From: Porphyridium purpureum
Lineage: Eukaryota
Length of the DNA stretch: 64,000 nt
NCBI GenBank assembly: GCA_008690995.1
Contig: VRMN01000001.1
Coordinates: 2,046,001-2,110,000, forward strand
Direction: 5' to 3'
In this document: positions 19,956 to 30,175 of the stretch, in pieces
How positions within the stretch are numbered: position 1 is the stretch's first letter
Layout of the letters: the number at the start of each line of letters is the position of its first letter
Position numbers and translations under genes: made by a program
The notes under the pieces: model-generated
What the model was told of the DNA's origin: nothing
Database searches by the model: none
The model's input: only the letters and a program-made list of their open reading frames with translations

Positions 19956-21047
19956 TCACCGTTGCGCATGTTCCGTGCAGAGGTCGATGACGAGTTTGTT
20001 GAAGGCGGCTGGATTGGCGGAATGCACGTTGTGGCCGGCATCCGGGATGCGGAACACACGAGGCGGCTCCGAAACGTTCTTCAAAACATCGCGGCAGAGC
20101 CGCTCGCCGTGCGTGAAATCCATCCAGTCGGTTTCGCCATAAATAAAGTCAACAGGCACTTGCAAAGGCTCCAGACGGTCACATAATGGGGCTCGCGCAT
20201 ACCCGCCCGGCTCAAGCACCGTATTGATTGCATATTCACCGCTTCCAGGTGCTCGCGCCACGGCTTCAAAGTATTCAACGCACGCCCGTTGCACATACGA
20301 TGGCTCGTCCGGGAAACGCGGGAGAATAATATTGCGCGCGATGGCGCGCGGAAAGACGTTTGCAAGAAATGCGCTCCATCGCAGCACGCGCATGGGCGTC
20401 AAATTCAAGCCCCACAGGGTGAACACAAAATGGAACACAAACCACTTGGACCACGGGAAGTGGGATGGCACTTTCTGCGGCGGTACTCTTGGAATGCCAA
20501 CAGGCGAGACCAAAACGAGATTCAAGATATCCTGTGGCCTTTCCAGAGCGTAAAGTGACATCAAAAACCCACCGAGCGAATGTGCGACGATGCTGAACTT
20601 GGCCGCGGGACCTAGCGCGTCGATTCTCCGCAGCTCAGTCAGCAGCGTGCGCAATGGTGCAATGAACCATTGCTCAGCGTCTCGTGCACACATGCCGAGA
20701 TCGTACGGTGGACGACTGGACCCTCCCATGCCTCTCCAATCCACCAGGTGCACTCGGAACGACTCACACAACCCGGGGACATTCTTCCAGTAGTACCCCA
20801 GAGAGGCTCCCCATCCGTGGAATAACACCAGCGGGATCGGGCTGTCCGACCGGATCTTACCAAAACTCACCACATTCAGAAACTCACCAGTGTCCTCATC
20901 GACCACAATCCGCCGCTTCTCCAATGCTGTCGCGAGCCCGACCAGTCCAAACATCTCGCGCTCCGTATCGTCTATCGCGCGCAGCCAGTGGGCCGAAGCG
21001 TCCACATCACGATGCTTCCTGCTTGGCTCGCTCTCCACAATTCCCAT
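19956..21047 (-). CDS. ABHD4/ABHD5 (CGI-58)/Cld1-like alpha/beta hydrolase
   Basis: LVLFHGWGAS, VDWRGMGGSSRP, AHSLGG, LVLVSPVG, SGEYA, FIYGETDWMD and AGHNVH motifs. Confidence 0.9.
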   Translation of the reverse strand: MGIVESEPSRKHRDVDASAHWLRAIDDTEREMFGLVGLATALEKRRIVVDEDTGEFLNVVSFGKIRSDSPIPLVLFHGWGASLGYYWKNVPGLCESFRVHLVDWRGMGGSSRPPYDLGMCARDAEQWFIAPLRTLLTELRRIDALGPAAKFSIVAHSLGGFLMSLYALERPQDILNLVLVSPVGIPRVPPQKVPSHFPWSKWFVFHFVFTLWGLNLTPMRVLRWSAFLANVFPRAIARNIILPRFPDEPSYVQRACVEYFEAVARAPGSGEYAINTVLEPGGYARAPLCDRLEPLQVPVDFIYGETDWMDFTHGERLCRDVLKNVSEPPRVFRIPDAGHNVHSANPAAFNKLVIDLCTEHAQR

Positions 21048-22119
21048 TGCCCCTGCATACAGTCCACTTAGTCTTCCGGCCCGTCCTATCGCTCGGTCAG
21101 AACCTTTCCTCCCGGGAATCTCCCAGACCCCAATAGATGACGAGCGGCGTGACCCAGCGATGGGTCCCCGAAGCAAGCGCTAGAGATTTGGTGATGACTA
21201 GTCCTCCCTACATGTGAGACAAACGTTCTTCGTCAAGTATTTGACTCCAGGAACTATCCTTTTCCTCTTGGTCTCTCTTCCATTAACTTCAATTTCTCCA
21301 AGTGCTAGAGTCGACAGGGACATCGAAGGGGTTTCGACGATCGCCGTCGATGAAACACCACACCAGAGCCGCTTGGGAATACTGGACGCGTGGGTTTCAA
21401 AAGATGGCGCAGTGAAAGCTGGCGGCGCATAGCGCTCACTCTGGTGAGTGCTTCTGTGAAGTTTCATTGCGATTCCAACCAACGTCGAGTGCGCGTTTGC
21501 CGGTGAACACCGTCGATGCCAGCCGTGTTGCCAGCCGTGTTGCTCTTGCGCTGCATGCCTGCGTCACTGCTCTGGCGCATGGCTGTTTCGAAGAATCTAC
21601 GCACACACTGCTTTTAATTCGTACTTGCCGTGCGTCTATTTCTCTTCTTCCTGTCGCGCTTCCCGGTCAAACTCCCGAAGAGCAACGCAAAAGTCCTTCC
21701 TTCACCCGCTGATTATTTGCGCCGACACGCTATTCAGCGTCAGTCAACCGACCATCGACATGCGACAGCGCAAGACTCCATGGATCTTCAAAAAGAAACG
21801 GCACGTGGCACGTTTTCTCGCTCTTGCGCCTTCGTATTCTCCTACATACGCGTCGCGAGAAAAGAAGACTTCGACAAACACGTGCGCCACGTGGACGAGC
21901 ATAACACCACACTTGCTTCTCCCGGAAAGCGAAACCACGTCCCTTGCGTGGTTTCCGATTGACGATATTACCGACCATTGCTACTGACGCTGGCGTCACC
22001 ATCATCAAGGGTGCGAAGCTTGTTCGCCGAGATTGTTTCAGTTGTGACTCTGGCGTCTGTGACCGCGGCGCTTTCCGGCTTTCCGCGCTTCTCGAGGAAC
22101 AGAAGCAGTGCGCGCCGCC

Positions 22120-23502
22120 ATGGAATCAGAAAGGGACACCGTGCGCAAGTCGCTGTACGAGATGGTGGACATGGAGCGCGCCATTGAGCAGGTGGTCTCG
22201 ACTTGCCAGGATATTTTCCTGGCGTCGTCCAAGTCTGGAGCTGGGTACTCAGAGCGCGTTCCGCTCAGTGAATGCTACGGGCGAGTGCTAGCCGATGATT
22301 TGTTCTCGGTCGTGGACGTGCCGGGAGCGCCGGTATCCATGAAGGACGGTTATGCTGTTCGAATGAGTGACTTTGAAGCGCCAGTATCACCGCAGCACGA
22401 GGCGGCTGGCACGCGAGTTTTCGCAGTGAAGATGGAAATGCATGCGACGCAAACCGGTGAAGAGCAAATTCCTGTTTTACCAGACGGCTGTGTGGCATAC
22501 GTAGCAACCGGCGCCGTGCTCCCACTGGGCGCTGATGCAGTTGTGATGGTGGAGAATACACGCGCCGCGTCAGATGAGTCCGTTGAGATTCTCAAGGCAC
22601 CTTACTGCCGCGGGCAAGATATTCGGCCGCGGGGTGTAGACCTCGCTAAGGGCCAGCTTGTGCTGAGCAAGTCAGAGCTAATACTTGAAGCCGAAATCGG
22701 GTTGCTGGCGGCGTGCGGCGTGTCTCACGTATCGGTTATCCGTCCGCCCGTAGTGGGTGTACTTTCCACGGGAGACGAGGTGGTAGATGTATCAGAGTCC
22801 CGATCCGCGGCCCTCTCCGCCGGCAGCACGTACGACTCGAACCGGCCCATGCTTCTCGCGGCATGCGCGGCTGCGCACGCACAGGTGGTCGACCTGGGCA
22901 TTGTCCACGACCACGCGGCTGAGCTTGAGCGCACGTTCATGGACGCATGCGCAAAGTGTGACCTTATCGTGACGTCTGGTGGCGTGTCGATGGGGCGTCG
23001 TGACCTCCTACAGCGCATCCTCGCAAGCAAGGGCACGGTGCATTTCGGCCGTGTGCGCATGAAGCCGGGTAAACCTCTCACATTTGCGACACTCTTACCG
23101 AACGCATTCGAACCAGACGCGCCACCACTTCCACGCACGCGCGTCGTGCTGTCGCTACCGGGAAACCCTGTGAGCAGTTTTGTGTGCCTCCACTTGGTCG
23201 TCATTCCAGCCATTCGTAGCTTGCAAGGTCATGCATCGCCCTTGCCCCCGATAGTGGATGCCGTACTCGCGCAGGATGTCAAGCTGGACCCGGAGCGCCC
23301 AGAGTACCATCGCGCGACTCTTGTGTGGAACGCAGAGCTGGGCGCATTTCAAGCGCGCTCCACGGGCGTGCAGCAGAGCTCGCGGCTATTGTCCGCCAGA
23401 TCTGCAAACGCATTTCTGGTCCTTCCCGCCTTGGACGAGACTCTGAAGAGTGGGAGCAAGGTACGCGCAATGCTTATCATGCAGGAACGACTGAACGGCT
23501 GA
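22120..23502 (+). CDS. CNX1E: Molybdopterin molybdotransferase MoeA / CNX1 E-domain (stand-alone)
   Basis: GRVLA, SMKDGYAV, VATGAVLPLGADAVVMVE, LSTGDEV, YDSNRPML, TSGGVSMG, MKPGKP, LPGNPVS, RPEYHRA and STGVQQSSRLLS motifs. Confidence 0.95.
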   Translation: MESERDTVRKSLYEMVDMERAIEQVVSTCQDIFLASSKSGAGYSERVPLSECYGRVLADDLFSVVDVPGAPVSMKDGYAVRMSDFEAPVSPQHEAAGTRVFAVKMEMHATQTGEEQIPVLPDGCVAYVATGAVLPLGADAVVMVENTRAASDESVEILKAPYCRGQDIRPRGVDLAKGQLVLSKSELILEAEIGLLAACGVSHVSVIRPPVVGVLSTGDEVVDVSESRSAALSAGSTYDSNRPMLLAACAAAHAQVVDLGIVHDHAAELERTFMDACAKCDLIVTSGGVSMGRRDLLQRILASKGTVHFGRVRMKPGKPLTFATLLPNAFEPDAPPLPRTRVVLSLPGNPVSSFVCLHLVVIPAIRSLQGHASPLPPIVDAVLAQDVKLDPERPEYHRATLVWNAELGAFQARSTGVQQSSRLLSARSANAFLVLPALDETLKSGSKVRAMLIMQERLNG

Positions 23503-23573
23503 CCATAGCTTGCAAAGCATGCCGACACAGCGCCAGGAAAAGGGAGGCCATCATTTTCGAATGATGACTTGCG

Positions 23574-24602
23574 TTACGCGCCCGCTATCCGAAAGTAGGC
23601 GCCCACGACAGACTCGTACACGACAAATGTTACTGCGGCTGACGGCGTGACACGCATGATGTTCGCAGTCATTCCCTTGTAAAAACCAAGCACGCCCTCG
23701 TTCCTCAAAATGCTTGTCACAGCTAGATGGAGTGAGCCATACCTCGCGGGATCCACGCCGCGCTTCTGCATGCGCGTGCGCACAACCTGCAATGGGTACG
23801 TGGTGAGCGATGCTACGAGCTTACTCGTGGTTGCGGCAACGAGGCTTTCCGGCACGCTGAGACTTACTGCCAGGGACTGGGCATAGTCGACCGCACGTCT
23901 AGCCAACAGCCAGCGCTTGCACTCTTCATACACCACAAACTGCAACGCCCCTTGTGACACGAGCCACAACGACGGTATCAGTCCACGGTAAAGCCCTTGG
24001 ACGCCTTCGGTATGCAGGATGCAGCGCATTCCATCGAAAAAGCTAAAGTACGGCCGTTGAGCGGGGGCGGCAGCTGACGATGCCAATGCAGAAGCCGGGC
24101 ATTCCCGCATGGACTCGAGTTGCATGCGCGTCTTGACGACCCAAATGGGGTTCGTCAGCACGGCAGTGATGGCGCCGGCCGACGTGGCAATCATAAAATG
24201 AGACGCGGGAGTCGGTGCAAAGCCCAGATCGCGCGCGTACTGCTTGCCCATATTGTACCAGTAGAAGTAAAAGGACCACGATAACGTGCCGCCCAGCATT
24301 GCAGGGAACAAACCATTGTAGAGCGCACGCACCCCTTCTGTCCGCCGAATGTGCATCAAGGTATCCAACGTGCGCGAGCGCGAGCGCAACCACCCGCGCG
24401 AAACATCCTTTCCGAAGCCCACCGCTATCGCCCGCTCTGCGGCCTGAAGCCGTGTCTTGACTGTGTCCAAAGGGTGGAACACAAGAATGTTCGCCAAGCC
24501 ACCCAGCGCGCCGGCCAGGCCGTGGATAGCAGCCGTTTGCGCCGGCCGCGCAGCTTCTACACTAGACTGTGCTTCATAGCGCGTACACGGCGGCTCGCCC
24601 AT
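23574..24602 (-). CDS. Mitochondrial carrier family protein (folate/FAD/NAD carrier-like, SLC25A32 group)
   Basis: Three PxD/xxxK/R-type repeats (HPLDTVKTRLQ, NPIWVVKTRMQ, YPLQVVRTRMQ); SWSFYFYWY and GALQFVVYE. Confidence 0.92.
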   Translation of the reverse strand: MGEPPCTRYEAQSSVEAARPAQTAAIHGLAGALGGLANILVFHPLDTVKTRLQAAERAIAVGFGKDVSRGWLRSRSRTLDTLMHIRRTEGVRALYNGLFPAMLGGTLSWSFYFYWYNMGKQYARDLGFAPTPASHFMIATSAGAITAVLTNPIWVVKTRMQLESMRECPASALASSAAAPAQRPYFSFFDGMRCILHTEGVQGLYRGLIPSLWLVSQGALQFVVYEECKRWLLARRAVDYAQSLAVSLSVPESLVAATTSKLVASLTTYPLQVVRTRMQKRGVDPARYGSLHLAVTSILRNEGVLGFYKGMTANIMRVTPSAAVTFVVYESVVGAYFRIAGA

Positions 24603-26094
24603 CTCTTCCAAGGTCAAGTGCGCTGATGCAGCCTTTACCGAAGCCAGGACTTTCAGAATGTGAACCGCTCAGGTCGGCAGGCATTGTGGTCTGGCGTTGG
24701 TGGTCGACGACTGCGGTTTACGGCATTGAGGTGATAGGAGCTAAAGGGCCCGTCGAGGTATGCTGGGGCGTCTGCACCCACTATCAATTGAGAGGATGGT
24801 GGAGGACGTCGACTCTGGGTGTAAAACAGTGCTTCCTCGTTCGACCCTGCGTAATCGGGATTCCTCGCTTGTACTGGCCGCGCGTTTCTTCTCCGTGAGA
24901 ACCAATGCGCTTCGCGTTGCACGTGCCTGTGCCGTGCATCCGGTGTGTCAAGAGAAGGAGCCCCTTCTCAGGTGTCGATATCACGTCAAGCCACAAAGTG
25001 TGTCGATAGTGGGGGTCGCTACTCTTTTGTTCTACAACTTCAGCTACGCCGGGGCTAAACTCACGTCGCGCGCAGCCTTGTAACTCTCTGTGCACGAGCC
25101 TGTGTGCATGGACTTCAGGTTTCCTTAGCCTTGGAAGCCAAGCGAATGGGACATTGACCAAGCCGAGCGAACCATGCTCTGCTCTCAACTGTCGCGTCAG
25201 ATTCGGCACGTTGGCGTCGTGGCGACAACCTGTGTGACGCCAAAATGTCCAGCCGTATCGTTTGGCGCATGAGTACCTGCGTAGATGAGTCACATTCTGC
25301 AACGGGCATCCGCTAATCTGTCCAACAGACGAGGCGTCGTCATACGATTACACAAACGCCGCGGACGCGGCGTGCGCACCTTGCGACGCCGCACCACGTG
25401 GAGCGCGGGCACTGTGCAGACCAAGACTGTCAAGGTCCCGCAGACTTCAGCATCTTTGAGAGCGGCGCCAGCTGGCGTAAGCCCGTCTACGCTCGGATGG
25501 ACCTGCTACCATCAGCACCAGCACCAGCAGCGCGCTGACTTGTCGCCAAAAATTAAGATCACGGAGCTCGCGCGTTACCGCGTAGAATATCATAAACCGA
25601 TGCCATTTTGTGATTTTGCGAGGCTAAAGATAAAGTGTCGCCGCGCAAAGCGTGTGTGTTTGGGATTCGTGTCGCGTCGAAAATAGTGACGAGGACGCTG
25701 ACGGTTTGGCGCTGGCAAGGTGGTGGATGGACGCGAGAGCTCGCATGGACGCGCGCTGTGCGCGTGGTGGCTGCTCAGCGGCGAGAATTCCGTGAATTCA
25801 CCACGTTTCGCGCCTGGATTTTGGACAAACGCTCAGAGAAAATGGCAAAGGTTGATGGAGACACTGCCCACGTCGGCGCCGTGACAACGCAGGGCGCGGC
25901 GCCTGGCCTGTTGGCGCTCGACGTGTGCCGGAGTGCCGGGTCTATACAAGGCCGGCAACCGTCGCGTCCGGTGGGGAAGTGGACGGGGCTCGCGAAGGCA
26001 GGCAGGTAGACGGACATTTGGCTCGGAGCAGACCGGATCCCAGGGCGGAACTGGTGAGAGACTGTGTGCAGTGCAGCTGGAAACGGAACGAATC

Positions 26095-26547
26095 ATGGCG
26101 CAAGAAGGGTGCGAGGAGATCATGTACAGGGCGAATTCCAAGTTCAGCTCGTCGATCAATTTGCGCGCGTCGCTGTCGTCACCCTACAGTGATGAAGAGG
26201 ATGCGTTCAGCTTTGGTTCGGGGCGAGTATTCACACGAAAGACATCACCCGGTGGAGGTCTTCGGACGGTCTTGTCTCGTCGGGCGTCGCCGTCGTCGCC
26301 AGCGAAAGGCTTGAAGCGCCGAAACAAGGACAGCGGCCTGTCCGAGCCAGACCGAGAACAGGAATGTGAACCGGCGATGCCCATGACGCCGTCACGCCGC
26401 AACTGCATCCGCTCGGAGTCCGTGGTGTCGCTGCTGGTGGACGAGTACACCGATTTCTCGACGGTGAAGCGCAAGGCGCTGCTGGAGCAGCTGAAGGATC
26501 GCTGCAGCGGCCTGATGCGCAAGCGCCGTCCCGTCCACAGCGCGTGA
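26095..26547 (+). CDS. Small Ser/Arg-rich hypothetical protein
   Basis: ATG in good context (ATCATGG), GC3-rich codons, followed by an AT-rich 3' region. Confidence 0.5.
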   Translation: MAQEGCEEIMYRANSKFSSSINLRASLSSPYSDEEDAFSFGSGRVFTRKTSPGGGLRTVLSRRASPSSPAKGLKRRNKDSGLSEPDREQECEPAMPMTPSRRNCIRSESVVSLLVDEYTDFSTVKRKALLEQLKDRCSGLMRKRRPVHSA

Positions 26548-26763
26548 CCGGTCCTGATTAACTTTAATGAGCCAAAAAGCAAAAAGCCGCAGCTCGCAGA
26601 TTCTCATTTTTTGGGGGGTTTCTGTCATAATTTTGGGTTTGGGTTCAAAAACCTAGTCAAAAAAAAAAAGAAAGAACGTTGTGCAATAAGTTTTGTGGCG
26701 GGTGTGTTTTGTGGAGAAAGGAGAAAGCAGAGAGAGGGAGACAGAGAGACATGAGTCTGTGGC

Positions 26764-29700
26764 ATGGGAGGAGATGAAGGCATGACGATCATGGACGCGA
26801 CACCACACTCATCACTCGCGTCTTGCTCTTTTCCCTCTTCTTCTTCTTCTTCTTCTTCTTCTTCTTCTTCTTCTTCTTCGCTACCCCGTCGGTCTCCTCC
26901 TGTGCGGCGTGGTGCGTTGTACGTGGTGCCATTTGTGCCGGTGCGGCCAGAGCCCAGCTGGAGATGCGGCGCGTGCGTGTGCGAGCGTGTGTGCGTGCGC
27001 GAGGACAGGCCGCGCTTTGTGTACACGCGCGCGCGGAGACGGACGAGGAGGAGCGCGGCTGAGGAGGTGCGCTGTGCGTTTGAGTTCGAGGACGTGACGC
27101 GTAAGCGCGCCCAGGAGCGTGAAGTGCGTGCGGAAGTGGATACGGCCAGTGGCACAGAAGAGAATGCAAACGGACACGCTGAGCGTTCAGAGTCGGAACT
27201 GCGAGTTCCAGAGCGAGATTACAATGGCGCGCACGCGGACGAGCGTGCCAAGCATCTGCGTAATGGGGCATCCGTTCACCTCGGGAAATTCGACGAAGCC
27301 CATATATCTACCGCAAAGCGGCCGCTGACTTCAGAAGAAGAAGCAGAGCTGGCGCAGCTAGCGCAGAAGCTGTTGCCTCGCGTGCAGTATCTGCATAGCG
27401 TAAACTGCACCAAAGTGAACCAAGCACTGCGCGTGGCGTTTATTGCTCACCGAGATCAGCGCCGGAAGTCCGGTGAGCTGTTCGTCACACACCCAGTTGA
27501 AGTAGCGATCCTGCTGGCTGAACTGGGCATGGACGTGGACACAATATGCGCGGGACTGCTGCACGATACGGTTGAAGATACGCCGTTGACCTTTGAAGAG
27601 ATAGAAAATATGTTTGGCCGCGACGTGCGGAAAATTGTCGAGGGGGAGACAAAAGTTTCGAAACTGCCTCAAATGGCAGAGCAACAGATTGCCGATGACC
27701 AGGCAGAAAATCTGCGTCAGATGTTCATTTGTTTTGCCGAGGACTGGAGAATCATTGTGGTCAAGTTGTGTGATCGGCTTCATAACATGCGCACGCTGCA
27801 GTACATGAAGCCACACAAGCAGACAAAGATATCACGCGAGACGCTCGAGATTTTCGGCCCACTTGCCCACCGGCTAGGCATGTGGAGCATTAAGTCTGAG
27901 TTGGAGCAGCTAGCCTTCTTCTATTTATATCCGGAGGAGTACAAGAAAATTGAGGAGCTGGTGAATGAGAAAAAACCGAAGTATGTGCGCATTCTGGAGG
28001 AAAGCAAGGCTCGGCTTGAGGAAGCACTTGCAAAGAACATAGTCCTTTCCAGGGTGGTCAAGCGAATCGAAGTGCGCGCTCGCATCAAGGACTTGTACAG
28101 CGTGTGGCGCAAAATGCAGATGGATGGAAAGAATCTCGAGCAGGTGCATGACCTGGTCGCTTTAAGGGTGGTCATCGAACCTTTGCCTACCAAGCATGCG
28201 CCCCAATCGGCCGGAAGTGATGGCGCAGCGGCGCCATACACTTCTCCCCGTGAGGTTGCGAGACAATCTCAACAGCGTGCGAACCCGCCGTCCACGGCGC
28301 CTCCTGTTGCTTCTGAAGCAGATGCAAATGTCAGACCAAGGATCGAGGCGGATTCGACCAGTGGACAGCAAGCACAGCGACACCACAACAGCACCTCTGG
28401 CGGCGAGTCGCTGTGCTATTATGTTCTTGGTGTGGTGCACGGCATCTGGCAGCCGTTCCCCGGCCGTGTGAAAGATTATATTGCTTTCCCAAAGCGCAAT
28501 GCCTACCGTGCACTTCACACAACAGTGATGGCCGGAGGCGCCCAAGCACCTCTGGAAGTGCAGATTCGTACGTTGGACATGCACCGCGTCGCCGAGTACG
28601 GCATGGCTGCACACTGGCTGTATAAAAAGGAGGCAGCAGAAATGTATATGAAGAAATTACAGGAGGGCAAGCAACGCAGAAAAGGAGCTGACGTCGATTT
28701 TGCTGAGGGTGACGACGGCGACGACGTGGAGGATGAAGACGAATTTGAGGAAATGGACACGAGAAATGCCTCAGGCACAGCTAGGACTCCCGCAGCCACG
28801 GCGCGCAGTCAGACGCAACCGGCTTATTCAGACGTGACGAGCTATCCTACGTACCAGAACCCTCAATATGCGGATTTTGGTACGACGTTTTTAGACTCGA
28901 TTCGGGAGTGGCAAAAGGAAATCTACTCGAGCCGAGAATTTGTGGAGGTTGTACGTCGCGAAATTTTGGGCAACCGCGTGTTCATATTTGCAGGCGACGA
29001 TGCGGAGATTGGCACGAAGAAGATCTTGAGCCTACCGCGTGGTGCAACAGTGGTTGATGCCGCTGTGTCCATGGGTATGAATGTGGCAAAGTCCATGATT
29101 GCGGCGCGCGTGAATGGGCGCATGGTGCCCATGGTTGAAGTGCTCCACAATGCAGACATGTTTTCAGTGATCACCTCTCCGTGCTCGCCAGGCCCGGACA
29201 AGCGCTGGATTGAGTATGCATCGACGCGGCTTGCCAAGACGAGGCTAAAGCTGTACTTCCGGGACCAACGCAAAGCGCGTCGTATAGAGCAAGGGCGCCA
29301 AATTCTGATGGAATACCTTCAGCTGGAGTGCAGTGTTGGAGAAGACCTGGATGTGGATATGGCCACTTTGAACGACTACGTCTCCTCAAACTCCGGCCTC
29401 CAATTTGACACGGTTGATGATCTTTTCCTGAGGTTAGCCACCGCGGACAGCGATGAAAAGGACTCAATTTTTGCATCTATAGGCAAGTCATTTGGTAAGA
29501 GTGCTTCGCCGGTGAACTTTTGGGGTTCGCTACAAGCGGCGTCGCAGAGTTGTCAGGATGGGCGCTTTGAATTTCTTTCTGATCGTGAAAGCAAGGGGTT
29601 TGGCTCCACGAGAGTGGTGCAGGGCCAGCTTGCATCGTGCTGCCTTCCTGTGTTCGGTGATTCTGTCTGTACGCTCTCCGGTGCAGCGCTTGTTGCGGCG

Positions 29701-30096
29701 GCTGAGCAGCAGCGTGCGACGAAGCCAGTCGTGCATAGAATGAGCTGTCACTACGCACAAACGGTGCAGGACAAAAGCGCCGATATTATTCTCAAGCTGG
29801 ACTGGGTTCAAGAAAGCGGTGATTCGAAAACACATGGCGCGCCGTCAGGGCATCAGCGCGGGCGACGTCTGTATCGCAGCTGTCTGCGCGTGACTTGCTA
29901 CGACAGGAAGGGTCTGTTGGCGGACGTGTCGGCGTCCATTAATCGACTCAAAATCATGATTGAGAGCACTGAAAGCAGGACAGTGGGCACGCGTGCGTAC
30001 CTGCAGTTCCGTGTGTTGGTGGCGACTTGCTCAGAAGTAGAGGCTGTCATGCGCTCGATCTCGGAGGTGCCTTCTGTTTTGAGTGTCGAGAGGTGA
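26764..30096 (+). CDS. RSH: Long RelA/SpoT homolog (HD hydrolase, synthetase, TGS, ZFD, ACT), probably plastid-targeted
   Basis: AHRDQRRKSGELFVTHPVEVA, LLHDTVEDT, VKLCDRLHNMRTL, LAHRLG, RVKDYIAFPKRNAYRALHT, EVQIRT..MHRVAEYGMAAHWLYK, LPRGATVVD..ARVNG, ASCCLPVFGD and DRKGLLADVS motifs. Confidence 0.96.
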   Translation: MGGDEGMTIMDATPHSSLASCSFPSSSSSSSSSSSSSSSLPRRSPPVRRGALYVVPFVPVRPEPSWRCGACVCERVCVREDRPRFVYTRARRRTRRSAAEEVRCAFEFEDVTRKRAQEREVRAEVDTASGTEENANGHAERSESELRVPERDYNGAHADERAKHLRNGASVHLGKFDEAHISTAKRPLTSEEEAELAQLAQKLLPRVQYLHSVNCTKVNQALRVAFIAHRDQRRKSGELFVTHPVEVAILLAELGMDVDTICAGLLHDTVEDTPLTFEEIENMFGRDVRKIVEGETKVSKLPQMAEQQIADDQAENLRQMFICFAEDWRIIVVKLCDRLHNMRTLQYMKPHKQTKISRETLEIFGPLAHRLGMWSIKSELEQLAFFYLYPEEYKKIEELVNEKKPKYVRILEESKARLEEALAKNIVLSRVVKRIEVRARIKDLYSVWRKMQMDGKNLEQVHDLVALRVVIEPLPTKHAPQSAGSDGAAAPYTSPREVARQSQQRANPPSTAPPVASEADANVRPRIEADSTSGQQAQRHHNSTSGGESLCYYVLGVVHGIWQPFPGRVKDYIAFPKRNAYRALHTTVMAGGAQAPLEVQIRTLDMHRVAEYGMAAHWLYKKEAAEMYMKKLQEGKQRRKGADVDFAEGDDGDDVEDEDEFEEMDTRNASGTARTPAATARSQTQPAYSDVTSYPTYQNPQYADFGTTFLDSIREWQKEIYSSREFVEVVRREILGNRVFIFAGDDAEIGTKKILSLPRGATVVDAAVSMGMNVAKSMIAARVNGRMVPMVEVLHNADMFSVITSPCSPGPDKRWIEYASTRLAKTRLKLYFRDQRKARRIEQGRQILMEYLQLECSVGEDLDVDMATLNDYVSSNSGLQFDTVDDLFLRLATADSDEKDSIFASIGKSFGKSASPVNFWGSLQAASQSCQDGRFEFLSDRESKGFGSTRVVQGQLASCCLPVFGDSVCTLSGAALVAAAEQQRATKPVVHRMSCHYAQTVQDKSADIILKLDWVQESGDSKTHGAPSGHQRGRRLYRSCLRVTCYDRKGLLADVSASINRLKIMIESTESRTVGTRAYLQFRVLVATCSEVEAVMRSISEVPSVLSVER
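26836..26879. repeat. (TCT)n microsatellite encoding poly-Ser in the RSH leader
   Basis: Directly visible. Confidence 0.95.
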
Positions 30097-30175
30097 GGGG
30101 AAGGCTGCCGAACTTTGATGAGCAGAGACACAGAGAAAAGAGGGAAAGAGGAAAAGAAGAAAAAGGCCAGTCTGT

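Noticed and set aside
21517..21543. 12-bp tandem duplication TGCCAGCCGTGT x2
   Set aside because: Only two copies with no spacers; ordinary slippage, not CRISPR-like.
16163..24602. Possible pterin/folate cluster (MTHFR-like, CNX1E, folate/FAD carrier)
   Set aside because: The genes are interspersed with unrelated ones and act in different pathways and compartments; likely coincidence.
24653..25686. Several 60-170 aa ORFs between the carrier gene and 26095
   Set aside because: No recognisable motifs or consistent coding signal; no tRNA or snRNA structure found by eye.
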